Assembly: GCA_016200265.1 (NCBI GenBank)
Contig: JACQFE010000074.1
Span: forward strand, 671-64,670
Origin: Planctomycetota bacterium
GTDB lineage: Bacteria; Planctomycetota; Phycisphaerae; UBA1845
Direction of reading: 5' to 3'
DNA: 64,000 nt
A model generated the notes under the pieces. It had not been told where the DNA came from and searched no databases. It was given only the letters and a program-made list of their open reading frames with translations. This document shows positions 28,355 through 38,066 of this stretch, piece by piece (within the stretch, counting starts at the first letter, position 1; each line of letters starts with the position of its first letter). The translations under genes were made by a program, and so were the position numbers.

Positions 28355-30265
28355 ATGCTACTCTCATTGACCTTTCTTCTCTTATTTTTTGCGGTGGCTG
28401 TGCGACAGGCCACGCTGGGATTCTTCAGCGCCATGTTGATGACCGTGCTGACGATCTGCTGTGCGGCCCTCGCCCTCGGAACGCATGAATGGGTAGCCGC
28501 GATCGTCTTCGCTGCTTACTGGCAACCAAATTATGCCCATGCCTTGGCGCTCGCCATTACCTTCGGCGTCCCTTTGCTGATTTTGCGATTGGTTCTCGAT
28601 CGCCTGGTAAGACGTGCATGCCTTTTGCCATCCTGGGTCGATAAATTGGGAGGCGGTTTCTGCGGGCTGATCACCGGCTTGGTTATCACCGGCATTGCGG
28701 CCGCGTCCCTGCAGATGATTCCCTTCGGCGGGCCGATTTTAGGCTTCTCCCGCATCGCCACAGCCGCAGGTGCAACCGGCGCATCGACCTCAAGTCAGGA
28801 TGCAAAGGAGTCTGAACTTTGGCTTACCCCAGATCGCTTCGTCGCCGGACTTGGATATTTGGTTTCATCCGGCGTCTTTTCAGGTGACCAAAACTTCTAC
28901 CGCACGAATCCGGATTGGGTTCGTGCGATTGGATGGGAGAATTCCGCGGAAGACGGCGTCAGCACGTACGCCGCTCCCAACTCCATCAACATCCAGGGAA
29001 CGCAGACATTACAAAACGTCTTTCGCATCATCCCGCCCCAGGATCCCAAGCGAGACAAGGCAACAGTTGAGCCAATCGAACCCAAGCCAGGCCGGGAATA
29101 CAAATTGGTTCGCGTAAAGCTGCTCGACGGCGCGAGAGACGAAAACAAGAATCTGATGTTTTCCCTGCGCCAATTCCGCCTGGTCGGCAGCGAAGGAAGC
29201 CAGGTGACGCAATACTATCCCATCGCCATCAAACTCGAAGAAGTTTCGGAATCGATCGATCGCCATGTTCGGTACCGCAAAGACAATGGCGTTGATATTC
29301 CGGCGGCCGATGGCACGTACACCACGGGAAATGACTCTGTGGCTCAAATCGCCTTCGATTTGCCGCAGGGCTTCCAGCCGGATTTCCTCGAATACAAGCG
29401 ATTGGCACGAGCGAAAGTCGCATTTTCTGGCAACACTCCTGACACCGAGAAATCCGCGAATGAAAATAGCGCGAAGAAGCAGGCCGGTGGCGAGAAGTCG
29501 GCGGCAGCCACGCCTTCCGCACCACCCCGTTCCGCAGCCACTGATGAAGCCAAACCAAGTTCCGGCCGTCGCGTGCAGAACAAGGCCGAAAGCCTGGTCG
29601 AAAAAGTCGGCGGCGCAGCTCCCGCTGAAGAAGAAAAGAGCGAGAAGAAGCCTGCCAACAATCCACCTCCTGAAGAGAAAAAGGGCGGCAACATTCGCGT
29701 CTTCACCAGCAAAGGCGCGAAGTCATTTTTCGGCGACCAGATGCCGCTTGAGCTAAAGCAATATCGCGGCGAGGGCACCGAGATCGAACGTGGAAAGCTC
29801 GTCTCCGGCAAGCTCGTCGGTGAATTGGACAAGCAGGCCAACGGTACGTCCGATCCCGTATCCAAATTCGATGTCCCGCCAGACAAACGACTCTTGCAAC
29901 TGAATGTCGGAGCATTGGAAACGCGCAGCGGACTTGGCCGGGCAATCAGCTTCGCGGTCACCACGGTGCAGAACTACTTCGTAACCGATTCCAACGGCAA
30001 TCGCTACGAAGTGACGGGCAAATACGCCATCGCCAATGCCGCGGGAACGGATTACGTCGAAGTGCAGTATTTCAAGGAGCGATCAGGCTCGGTTGGAGGC
30101 ATGGGCGCGTTTGAGCACATTAAGGAGCGCGATCTGAAAGGCGATTACCAGCTCGTTCTGCTCTTCCTCGTTGAGCCCGGCGTGCAAATCACCGGCTTCA
30201 GCACCGGCGGCGACGCTTCACGCGGCGACGACCTCAGAGCAGAAAATCTCGTTGCCCCGAAGTGA
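28355..30265 (+). CDS. CvpA-like polytopic membrane protein with a large extracytoplasmic C-terminal region
   Basis: It starts 5 nt after the GspE-like stop. Four N-terminal TM helices resemble the colicin V production (CvpA) family. Two beta-rich regions follow, split by a Lys/Glu/Pro/Ala-rich linker. Confidence 0.6.
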   Translation: MLLSLTFLLLFFAVAVRQATLGFFSAMLMTVLTICCAALALGTHEWVAAIVFAAYWQPNYAHALALAITFGVPLLILRLVLDRLVRRACLLPSWVDKLGGGFCGLITGLVITGIAAASLQMIPFGGPILGFSRIATAAGATGASTSSQDAKESELWLTPDRFVAGLGYLVSSGVFSGDQNFYRTNPDWVRAIGWENSAEDGVSTYAAPNSINIQGTQTLQNVFRIIPPQDPKRDKATVEPIEPKPGREYKLVRVKLLDGARDENKNLMFSLRQFRLVGSEGSQVTQYYPIAIKLEEVSESIDRHVRYRKDNGVDIPAADGTYTTGNDSVAQIAFDLPQGFQPDFLEYKRLARAKVAFSGNTPDTEKSANENSAKKQAGGEKSAAATPSAPPRSAATDEAKPSSGRRVQNKAESLVEKVGGAAPAEEEKSEKKPANNPPPEEKKGGNIRVFTSKGAKSFFGDQMPLELKQYRGEGTEIERGKLVSGKLVGELDKQANGTSDPVSKFDVPPDKRLLQLNVGALETRSGLGRAISFAVTTVQNYFVTDSNGNRYEVTGKYAIANAAGTDYVEVQYFKERSGSVGGMGAFEHIKERDLKGDYQLVLLFLVEPGVQITGFSTGGDASRGDDLRAENLVAPK

Positions 30266-30345
30266 CGTTCAAGTAGCGCCACCCCTTGTGGGTGGCGTAT
30301 TGTTATTTGTGGCATGGAATGCCATACGTTTGGCACCTTTCGCCG

Positions 30346-31467
30346 ATGTATAAACCCATCATCGCCATTCTCGTCCTCGCTGCCGGTCTGCTGACGTTCC
30401 TCTATTGGCGACAGGGTCAACATTTCCCTGCGGTCGTCTCCGGCTTCGTTGAGGCCGATGAAATCCGCGTCGGCTCGCGGGTCGGTGGGCGAGTGGCCGA
30501 AGTCGCCGCTGAAGAAGGTCATCGTGTCACGACAGGCCAATTGCTTTTGCGAATCGATCCGTTCGATCTTCGTGAACGGCTCGCCCAGGCCGAAAGCCAA
30601 TTCGCCTCCAGTCGCGCCGAGCTTGAACGCTTGAAGGCCGGCAATCGACCCGAAGAAATCGCCCAGGCCCAGGCCCGTCGCGATTTGGCGGCCGCAAATC
30701 TCGAAAAACTCACCAACGGTCCGCGGCCACAGGAAATCGAATCCGCTCGCGCGAAGCTGAAGTCCGTCGAGGCCGATTTCGAATTTGCCGACGGGGAAGC
30801 AAAACGAGTCACACGGCTTCGCGCCGAATCGAGCGCCGCAACAACCGAATTCGATCAGGCCGTCCGCAACCAAAGAACCACGCAGGCCGCAATTACTGCC
30901 GCGCAGCAGGAGCTTTCACTGCTTGAGCAAGGCACGCGCAAGGAAGACCTTGACGTGGCCAAGGCGTCGCTCGCCGAAGCCGATGAAGCGCTGCATCTCT
31001 TGAAGGCTGGCGCTCGCATTGAGGATGTCAACAAGGCCGCCGCACAGGCCGCTTCCGCAGAGGCGCAGGTTTCGGCCATTCGCACGCAGCTCGCTGAACT
31101 CAACGTGCTTTCACCCTGCGATTGCGTCGTCGAGGCGGTCGATTTGCGGCCCGGCGACATCATCGCCGCCAACGCCCCCACTCTCGCCCTGCTCGACACA
31201 TCGCGCCTCTGGGTGCGAACCTACGTGCCCGAATCATTGCTCGGCGCAGTCCGCCTCACCCAGCAAGTCGACGTCAATATCGACGGGGTGCCGAGCGCGA
31301 TCAAAGGCCGCATCACGTTTCTCGCCACCGAGGCCGAATTCACCCCGCGAAACATCCAAACTCCCGAAGAGCGCAGCAAGCAGGTCTTCCGCATCAAAGT
31401 AGTTCTCGAATCCCCACCGCAATCCACCCGCGTCGGCATGTCCGCCGATGTACACTTCGGAAAGTAA
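30346..31467 (+). CDS. HlyD-family membrane fusion (periplasmic adaptor) protein
   Basis: Track ORF 30286..31467; ATG 30346 (MYKPIIAILVLAAGLLTFLYW) gives the usual N-terminal anchor. The lipoyl-like half reads GFVEADEIRVGSRVGGRVAEV...GQLLLRIDP. It has a long coiled-coil hairpin and a C-terminal beta-barrel ending VGMSADVHF. Confidence 0.8.
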   Translation: MYKPIIAILVLAAGLLTFLYWRQGQHFPAVVSGFVEADEIRVGSRVGGRVAEVAAEEGHRVTTGQLLLRIDPFDLRERLAQAESQFASSRAELERLKAGNRPEEIAQAQARRDLAAANLEKLTNGPRPQEIESARAKLKSVEADFEFADGEAKRVTRLRAESSAATTEFDQAVRNQRTTQAAITAAQQELSLLEQGTRKEDLDVAKASLAEADEALHLLKAGARIEDVNKAAAQAASAEAQVSAIRTQLAELNVLSPCDCVVEAVDLRPGDIIAANAPTLALLDTSRLWVRTYVPESLLGAVRLTQQVDVNIDGVPSAIKGRITFLATEAEFTPRNIQTPEERSKQVFRIKVVLESPPQSTRVGMSADVHFGK

Positions 31468-31469
31468 AA

Positions 31470-31520
31470 CGTCGAAAAGTCAATAATCGAAACGCCTGCC
31501 TCCCCCCTTATCAAGGGGGG
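31470..31520. repeat. Intergenic repeat cluster: TCGAAA-type module + C5-TT-N3-AA-G5 palindrome
   Basis: The sequence acgtcgaaaagtcaataatcgaaacgcc is followed by ccccccttatcaagggggg (31502-31520). The same palindrome family occurs at 32228-32244, 43902-43917, 44163-44181 and 54951-54967. Confidence 0.75.
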
Positions 31521-31586
31521 ATACAGAAGGGTAAGTTGCAGAGTGGTCTCCGCCCTACCAATTGCACGCCAATCCGCAGCGCCCCC

Positions 31587-32102
31587 TTACACCTCCGCCA
31601 TCACCGCTCTTCGTAGCGTCGCCCGGCGTTCGGCGTCTTTGCGGCCGATGCCATATTGCAAAACCTCGCCGGCGCTGTCGGAGATGTTGCCCAAGTGTCG
31701 CTGCACGGCCAGGCTCTCGATCTCCTCATTCTCGCTGGGCAAGACATTCTCGTGAAACCCGCCCATCAAGGTGAACGCCGAAACGCTCACATCGGATCGC
31801 GAAATGTCGGCCATCGCCTTGTCCCAATCATCCATGCTCAGACTGCCGCTGTTCATCATCTCGCGAAGGTCGATGAACTCCTCGGCCAGCGTCGGCAGCC
31901 GCACATCGACCCCGCCCATGATGGTGAGGAAAAATTGCGTGCGCGGCTTGGCCAAACCCTGCTGCGTTTGCAGGCGGTAGGTGAGAAGCTGCCGGGCGAC
32001 GGTGTTGCGTTTAAGCTGCACGCCGCCCATGAGCGTGAAATAAATCTTTTTCTCGGGCCGGATCACCCCTTCGTGCCCACCCATGATGCACACATGAATC
32101 AT
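31587..32102 (-). CDS. Hypothetical protein with four hhhMGG strand motifs (LiaF-C-terminal-like?)
   Basis: The 171-aa ORF carries VCIMGGHEGV, FTLMGGVQLK, LTIMGGVDVR and FTLMGGFHEN. The family assignment is tentative. Confidence 0.45.
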   Translation of the reverse strand: MIHVCIMGGHEGVIRPEKKIYFTLMGGVQLKRNTVARQLLTYRLQTQQGLAKPRTQFFLTIMGGVDVRLPTLAEEFIDLREMMNSGSLSMDDWDKAMADISRSDVSVSAFTLMGGFHENVLPSENEEIESLAVQRHLGNISDSAGEVLQYGIGRKDAERRATLRRAVMAEV

Positions 32103-32331
32103 CGCCGCACCTTTTCCGTGAACGAACGCGGTCCAACATTAACGAGCCGCGAACTTTAGTTCGCGCGGATGCTGGCATTTCCTCGAACCCAAGCCTATCC
32201 GAACCCGGAGCGCAGGCGACAAGCCGTCCCCCTTACCAAGGGGGACCACAGGGGGTTCGCACCGCGCTTGGGGTTCGGATCCATAGCCGCCATCATATTC
32301 GATTGAAACCACGAATTATTCGGGAATCCGA

Positions 32332-34140
32332 TTATTCCCGGCTATAAACGACCTTCCCATCCACGATCGTCTTCCAGACCTTCACTTCCCCAAGCCGTTC
32401 CTTCGGGATCGTCCACGGATCGTCGTCCAGAATGACCAGGTCGGCCAATTTTCCGGGTTCGATCGTGCCGAGGTCGTCCCGTCCAATCGCTTCCTGCGGA
32501 CTGACGCAATAGGCCCGAAAAGCCTCGTAGATGCTGATCGAATGCTCCGGCAGCCACACGTCGCCCGCCAGCGTCCGGGCGTTCACCGCCGAATCGACGC
32601 CGAGAAACGGATTCATCGTCACCACAGGCCAATCGCTGCCGAAGATGAGCAAGGCCCCTGCATCAAGAAGTTGTCGGAAGGCGTATGAGCCTTTCAGTCG
32701 CTCGCGACCGATGGCCTTTTCCGCATATCGCCCATCATCGGCCTTGTGATACGGCTGCATCGACGCCACCACGCCAAGCTGCTTGAAGCGAGGAATTTCC
32801 GAAACGAGCAAATGCTGAGCATGCTCGACGCGATGCCGCTTGCCTGAACCTCCATTTCTCTTGGCGGCTTCTTCGTACGCGTTCAGAACCAAATGATTGG
32901 CCTCGTCACCGATCGCATGCGCGGCAAGCTGCAAACCCTTCGCATCCGCCAACGCAATGTCGTCAAGAAAATTCGGCGACGATGCGAATGCCGTGAGTTG
33001 CCCGCGCGGATGCGGAGCTTCCGGCGCTGCATCGGCGAACGGCTCACGCATGTAGGCCGTCCGACTGCCCAGCGAGCCGTCCATGTAAAGCTTGTATCCC
33101 GCAATGCGAAACATCGGATACGGAAATTTCTTTTCGTTGGCGACTTGATCGAGCGTGGAATGCCATTGGTCGTCCGAAGCCCCTTTCACGTCATGAACAT
33201 CGTCGGAATGTGGCGAGGCCGAGCCCGTGAAAACTTGAATGTATGAAGTAATCCGAACAGTCAAAGCATTCCATTCCGCCATCTTGCGGAAGGTCGCAAT
33301 GTCTTCCGGGTTCGACATGTCCTGCACGGAAGTCACGCCCAGCGAATTCGCATATCTCATTGCTTGAACCAGCGCGACCCCACGATCCTCGTCAGACGTT
33401 GGCGGAATGAATCGTTCGACCAAATCCATCGCCGCGTCCTTGAGGATTCCCGTCGGTTTGTGCGTCGCCGGATCGCGCTCGATCTCGCCGCCCTTTGGAT
33501 CAGCTGGGCCCTTTTCATCAATACCAGCCATTCGTAAAACGACGGAATTCACCAAAGCCTCGTGGCCATCCATGCGCGATAGAAAAATCGGCGTCTCACC
33601 AGTCACCGAGTCAAGCCATTCCGCGCGCGGCGATTCCGGCCTGGCCCAGCTTTCCACGCTCCATCGCCCGCCACGTACCCACTCGCCCTGCTTCTTGGCT
33701 TTCGCATCAGTTTCCACCGCGCGAATGAATTCCTCCTTACTCTTTACCTCTCGAAGATTCAGCCGCGCAAGCTGAAGCCCCCCGCCGATGATGTGCGTGT
33801 GACTGTCAGTAATCCCGGGAATCACTCGCCGCCCGCCGGCATCAATTACTTGTGCGCCGGAGTTTACTTTTCTTGATGGATCGGCCTCCCTACCTATCCG
33901 CTGAATTCGACCTTCCCCAATCGCAATCGTCGTGATTTCTTTGCTTTCTTTTTCAGGGAGTCCCGACCAGAGCTTGGCGTTGACGATAACGAGTGAAGCG
34001 GGTCTCCCAGGCCCCTTTCGTAGCTTTGCTAGAACGGAATCTTGCGGACATGCAGCGAGCAGTGCGCTCACAAAAGCCAGGCCATGACACCACGTAATCT
34101 TCACAGCAAAATCTCCAATCATTTGCGCGTGTCCATTCAA
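32332..34140 (-). CDS. Amidohydrolase-3 family metal-dependent hydrolase (YtcJ-like), secreted
   Basis: The 602-aa ORF has a signal-like N-terminus. Motifs are PGITDSHTHIIGGG, AAHAIGD and GSDWPV. Confidence 0.8.
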   Translation of the reverse strand: MNGHAQMIGDFAVKITWCHGLAFVSALLAACPQDSVLAKLRKGPGRPASLVIVNAKLWSGLPEKESKEITTIAIGEGRIQRIGREADPSRKVNSGAQVIDAGGRRVIPGITDSHTHIIGGGLQLARLNLREVKSKEEFIRAVETDAKAKKQGEWVRGGRWSVESWARPESPRAEWLDSVTGETPIFLSRMDGHEALVNSVVLRMAGIDEKGPADPKGGEIERDPATHKPTGILKDAAMDLVERFIPPTSDEDRGVALVQAMRYANSLGVTSVQDMSNPEDIATFRKMAEWNALTVRITSYIQVFTGSASPHSDDVHDVKGASDDQWHSTLDQVANEKKFPYPMFRIAGYKLYMDGSLGSRTAYMREPFADAAPEAPHPRGQLTAFASSPNFLDDIALADAKGLQLAAHAIGDEANHLVLNAYEEAAKRNGGSGKRHRVEHAQHLLVSEIPRFKQLGVVASMQPYHKADDGRYAEKAIGRERLKGSYAFRQLLDAGALLIFGSDWPVVTMNPFLGVDSAVNARTLAGDVWLPEHSISIYEAFRAYCVSPQEAIGRDDLGTIEPGKLADLVILDDDPWTIPKERLGEVKVWKTIVDGKVVYSRE

Positions 34141-34202
34141 GCGACGTGACGTATACTATGCGATTACAGGGGATGGAAGAAGCATTCGGAAGGAGCCGAG
34201 AC

Positions 34203-34403
34203 ATGAACGAACTAACGGCCGCAACTGTCGCGACCGAGCGGCGGGTTTTGTGCCCGATGTGCGAGGCCTCGCACTTGACCGCGCGACATTGCAAGTCGGT
34301 TTGCGAACGCTGTGGCTACGTCGAAAGCTGCGAGGATAATTTCGTGCCGAATCAAGCGAATCCCAGCGCCCTGGATCAGGCCGGAGCATGGCTGGAGATC
34401 TGA
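34203..34403 (+). CDS. Small zinc-ribbon protein (hypothetical)
   Basis: Track ORF 34146..34403. The ATG at 34203 is preceded by AAGGAG at 34190-34195. The pattern CPMC...C...CERCGY suggests a Cys4 ribbon. Confidence 0.45.
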   Translation: MNELTAATVATERRVLCPMCEASHLTARHCKSVCERCGYVESCEDNFVPNQANPSALDQAGAWLEI

Positions 34404-34412
34404 ATGCGGAAC

Positions 34413-34445
34413 TCGGGTGCCCCAGCCCTTGGGCTGGGGAACTGA
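34413..34445. repeat. REP-like palindrome family B (CGGGTSCCCCAGSCCTTGGSCTGGGGRACTGA)
   Basis: The sequence cgggtgccccagcccttgggctggggaactga lies 10 nt after the stop at 34403. Near-identical copies are at 42881-42912 and 56033-56066. Confidence 0.8.
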
Positions 34446-34488
34446 ATACTCGATGCATGGATTCTTCGGTCGCTGAAGCGACCTCAGA

Positions 34489-35805
34489 ATGACGAGTGAC
34501 CACGTGCTCAAGACGACTTCACATCATGCCATTCTGATCCGCAACGGCCGAATCATTGATCCGGCCAACAATCGCGACGAAATGGCCGACATCGCAATCG
34601 CAGATGGCGTCATCGCTAATTCCGCCTCGCGCGATGTGCATGTTATCGACGCCGCCGGCTGCATTGTTTGTCCCGGGTTGTGGGACATTCACGTTCATCT
34701 TCGCGAGCCGGGCCAGTCGCACAAAGAGACAATTGAGACCGGCACAGCAGCAGCAGCCGCGGGCGGATTCACATTCGTCGCCTGCATGCCCAACACCACC
34801 CCCCCACTCGATTCTCCCGAACAAATTCGCTGGGTGCGAGAGCGCGCCGCGAAAATCGATCAATGCGATGTTGGCGTCGTGGCCTGCATCACCAAAGGTC
34901 GCGCGGGACGAGAATTGTGCGACTTCGCGGCGCTCAAGACAGCCGGCGCAGTCGCCCTCACCGACGACGGCAGCGGTGTCGACGATGACAAAGTCATGGC
35001 ATTGGCGTTCGAGGAAGCCGCCCGTCACGGCATGATTCTGATCCAGCATTGCGAATACAAATCCGTTTCCGCGGGAGGCGTCATGCACCTCGGCGAGGTC
35101 TCCAAACGGCTTGGTCTTCCCGGTCTCGACCCGCGCAGCGAAGAGTCCATGATCGAACGCGACATCGATTTATGCCGAAAGACCGGCGCACGATATCACG
35201 TGGCCCATATTTCGACGTCGAAAGCGATCGACCTCGTCCGCCGCGCCAAGCGCAATGGCTTGCCGGTCACCGCCGAGGTGTGCACGCATCATCTGATCTT
35301 GACCGACGAAGCCTGCGAGGCCACCGATCCCAATACAAAAATGCACCCACCACTCCGCCCCACCCAGGATGTCGAAGCCTGCCGCCAGGGTCTACTCGAT
35401 GGCACGATCGACTGCATCGTCACCGATCACGCCCCGCACAGTGCCGAGGAAAAGGCACTCGGCTTCCTGAAGGCCCCCGCCGGAATCGTCGGACTTGAAA
35501 CCGCTATCGGCATTGCCGCGAAAGCGATGATCGGCTCCGGCCTTGCCGATTGGCCTCAATTAATCGACTGGTTCTCCACCGCCCCGCGGCAGGTATTGGG
35601 AATTGCCTCTCCGGCGATTGACTTCGGACATCGCGCCGAACTGACAATCGTTCATCCGAATGCGGAATGGACGGTTCATCCGCAAGAGTTCTGCTCGAAG
35701 AGTTGCAACACGCCATTCGCCTGCTGGAACCTGCGCGGCCGGGCAATCGCCACGATCCGCGGCCCATTATTGCACAATCGTGAGTCTCAGAGTGCCTTCC
35801 GCTGA
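34489..35805 (+). CDS. pyrC: Dihydroorotase
   Basis: Motifs are GLWDIHVHLREPGQSHKETIETGTAAAAAGGFT, HVAHIST and VTDHAPH. Confidence 0.9.
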   Translation: MTSDHVLKTTSHHAILIRNGRIIDPANNRDEMADIAIADGVIANSASRDVHVIDAAGCIVCPGLWDIHVHLREPGQSHKETIETGTAAAAAGGFTFVACMPNTTPPLDSPEQIRWVRERAAKIDQCDVGVVACITKGRAGRELCDFAALKTAGAVALTDDGSGVDDDKVMALAFEEAARHGMILIQHCEYKSVSAGGVMHLGEVSKRLGLPGLDPRSEESMIERDIDLCRKTGARYHVAHISTSKAIDLVRRAKRNGLPVTAEVCTHHLILTDEACEATDPNTKMHPPLRPTQDVEACRQGLLDGTIDCIVTDHAPHSAEEKALGFLKAPAGIVGLETAIGIAAKAMIGSGLADWPQLIDWFSTAPRQVLGIASPAIDFGHRAELTIVHPNAEWTVHPQEFCSKSCNTPFACWNLRGRAIATIRGPLLHNRESQSAFR

Positions 35806-35910
35806 CACTTTTCCGCCGAAGTGCGACTCCTCCCAAAGCCACCATAACAAATGGTCGATCAATGATTTATGGTGTTTGCACTGCCTCACGAACTTTGAAG
35901 AGGCAGGGTA

Positions 35911-35938
35911 TTGACACCGGGAATGAACGAGATATAGT
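35911..35938 (+). promoter_or_regulatory. Sigma-70-like promoter candidate upstream of the PilZ gene
   Basis: TTGACA (35911-35916), a 16-nt spacer, then TATAGT (35933-35938), 78 nt upstream of ATG 36016. It is preceded by the 7-bp-stem hairpin ctgcctc...gaggcag (35881-35906). Confidence 0.4.
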
Positions 35939-36015
35939 CTCCTTTGTTCAATTGCGTCTCGTGGCGTTGCCTGTCGGCGCGCGGCGGCGACCGATGAACC
36001 TGCCGAGGCCTGATC

Positions 36016-36408
36016 ATGTTGGCCACTACGCAAATACCGCAGACAACTCAACTGGTTCCGAAAACCTCAACGATTCCCCAGATTGATGAGCGTCGTTCCA
36101 GCAACCGTGTGCAACGCCGTGTCTCCACGATGCTGACGATCCTTGGAAATGCTGAAGGAATTTCCTGTACGATGGAAAATGTCTGCGAGAGCGGCGCCTA
36201 TCTCGTCGCGCCTTCTGATAGCGCCGTGCGTCTGGGCGATCGTTGCGAGCTCATCCTGCGAAGCGAAGTCGATTCCCAAAAGGCCGGGTGGTCCACCCAT
36301 TGCGACTCAAGCGCCTATGCAACAATCATTCGCACCGAGACGGCAATGCATAGCGGAGAAAGCGCCATCGGCGTGGGACTTCGCTTCGATCAGCCTCTTT
36401 ATCTCTAA
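36016..36408 (+). CDS. PilZ-domain protein (putative c-di-GMP binding)
   Basis: It has an RxxxR-type stretch (ERRSSNRVQRR) followed by NVCESG, which is close to D/NxSxxG. Confidence 0.6.
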   Translation: MLATTQIPQTTQLVPKTSTIPQIDERRSSNRVQRRVSTMLTILGNAEGISCTMENVCESGAYLVAPSDSAVRLGDRCELILRSEVDSQKAGWSTHCDSSAYATIIRTETAMHSGESAIGVGLRFDQPLYL

Positions 36409-36458
36409 TCTGACTCGAATCCTGATTTTTTCGCAACTTGGTGCGAGCGCCGAACGAA

Positions 36459-38066
36459 TCAGGTCTTTGGATCTGAAGATTCAACGAAATACTGATTGTT
36501 GAATATCGTCGCGCCTTGCCGAGACTTGATTGAATGCGCGGAACTCGCCGCAAGGTGTTCGAGGATGCGCCAGACGATTTCCATGTCCTCGACCTTTAAC
36601 TCTACGGCAAGCTCGCTCGCCGAATATGCTCTTGACGAATTCGATCGCAGTGATTGAATCACCCTGGATTGCAATTGAAGGACTCGTCCGGCCGCTTTTT
36701 TGCCCGCTTCCACGCCCGGTTGATCGTACGCATTCACGTCGATCAACTCCGCATACAAACCCACTGCTCGTTCAAAGAGTGCGATGAGCGCCCCAATCGA
36801 CCGCTCGTCAATTGCATCGACTGTAATCGTCATTGACGGACGACTCGCTTCACGCAACGCCTCCCGCGTGCCGCACAGAAATCCGTGCAAGTAATCTCCA
36901 CTGGTAACATCCGCATCGACCCAAACCTGTTCTCCAGGGAACGAATCTCGAATCGCATCAACAAAGGTAACAAAAAAATCACTCCGGCCGTCGCGAAGTT
37001 GCTGGACAAAAGAATGTTGATCGGTGCTGCCCTTGTTGCCAAAGACATTGAGACCCTGATGAACCACTTCGCCGCGGCGATTCGTCCGCTTGCCGATCGA
37101 TTCCATGATCAGCTGCTGCAAATAGCGTGGGAAAAGCTCCAGCCGATCGCGATAGGGCATGACAATCATGTTGCGATTTCCAATGCCGTTCCCCGCATGA
37201 TGCCATGTCGCCGCGAGAATTGCTGCCGGATTCTCCTTCAATAATCCTGCTCGCGTCGCAACATCACAATCATGCGCACCGGCCAGGAATTGATCGACAT
37301 CCGCCCCAATCAGCGCAAGAGGGAGCAGGCCTACCGCGGAAGCAATCGAACATCGCCCCCCCACCCAATCCCAAATCGGAAACGACGCGAGCCAGTCTTC
37401 GTTCTTCGCCTTTTGATCGAGGAGACTCTCACCACAGGTGATCGCCACGGCATGACGCGAAAAATTCAGACCGGCACGGCGATACGCGGCAGCGGCCTCC
37501 AACATTCCATTCCTCGTTTCGGCCGTCCCACCCGACTTCGAAACTACGATCGTCAGAGTTTGATCGAGCATCTCCTCCATCTCGGCAAGCGTTCGCGCGA
37601 TCCCATCGGGATCGGTGTTGTCGAGGAATCGGATCATCATCGGATCGTCGGGCTTACCGAGTGCCTGCGCCAGAAATTGTGGCCCCAGTGCCGAGCCGCC
37701 TATGCCAACCAGCAAGACGATGTAAAATGCCTCGCTCCGTTGCGGCCGAATTTCGCCTTCATGAATCTTGACGGCGAATACCTTGATCTGTTCCACCGCA
37801 TCGTCGATCGATTTCGCGATCACCGGCGTCGGCGCGAGTTCAGGCGCCCGAAGCCAATAGTGTCCGACCATTCGATTCTCACTTGCATTTGCGATCGCAC
37901 CACGCTCAAGCTCGCGCATCGTGGACAGCGCTCGCGTGATCGGCTCCTGCATTGACTTGATCGAGGATTCATCGAAACCCATATCGCCAAAATCAAGCCG
38001 CAGCCCGATGCTCGGGCACACGCAAACACTCCTGCGCAGCCGTTCCCAAAGTACGTGTTGACTCAT
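36459..38066 (-). CDS. pgi: Glucose-6-phosphate isomerase
   Basis: The 535-aa ORF carries LVGIGGSALGPQF, VVSKSGGTAET and other PGI-typical stretches. Its start overlaps the stop of the upstream gene by 4 nt. Confidence 0.9.
   Translation of the reverse strand: MSQHVLWERLRRSVCVCPSIGLRLDFGDMGFDESSIKSMQEPITRALSTMRELERGAIANASENRMVGHYWLRAPELAPTPVIAKSIDDAVEQIKVFAVKIHEGEIRPQRSEAFYIVLLVGIGGSALGPQFLAQALGKPDDPMMIRFLDNTDPDGIARTLAEMEEMLDQTLTIVVSKSGGTAETRNGMLEAAAAYRRAGLNFSRHAVAITCGESLLDQKAKNEDWLASFPIWDWVGGRCSIASAVGLLPLALIGADVDQFLAGAHDCDVATRAGLLKENPAAILAATWHHAGNGIGNRNMIVMPYRDRLELFPRYLQQLIMESIGKRTNRRGEVVHQGLNVFGNKGSTDQHSFVQQLRDGRSDFFVTFVDAIRDSFPGEQVWVDADVTSGDYLHGFLCGTREALREASRPSMTITVDAIDERSIGALIALFERAVGLYAELIDVNAYDQPGVEAGKKAAGRVLQLQSRVIQSLRSNSSRAYSASELAVELKVEDMEIVWRILEHLAASSAHSIKSRQGATIFNNQYFVESSDPKT

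Noticed and set aside
30300-30345. TGGCAC/TGGCAT motifs upstream of the HlyD gene, and other TGGCAC occurrences (22186, 47711 reverse, 43846), considered as sigma-54 -24/-12 promoters given the nearby rpoN.
   Set aside because: None has a GC at the required distance: GG to GC spacing is 10 or 13 instead of 12, or TTGC is absent. Several are parts of repeat elements.
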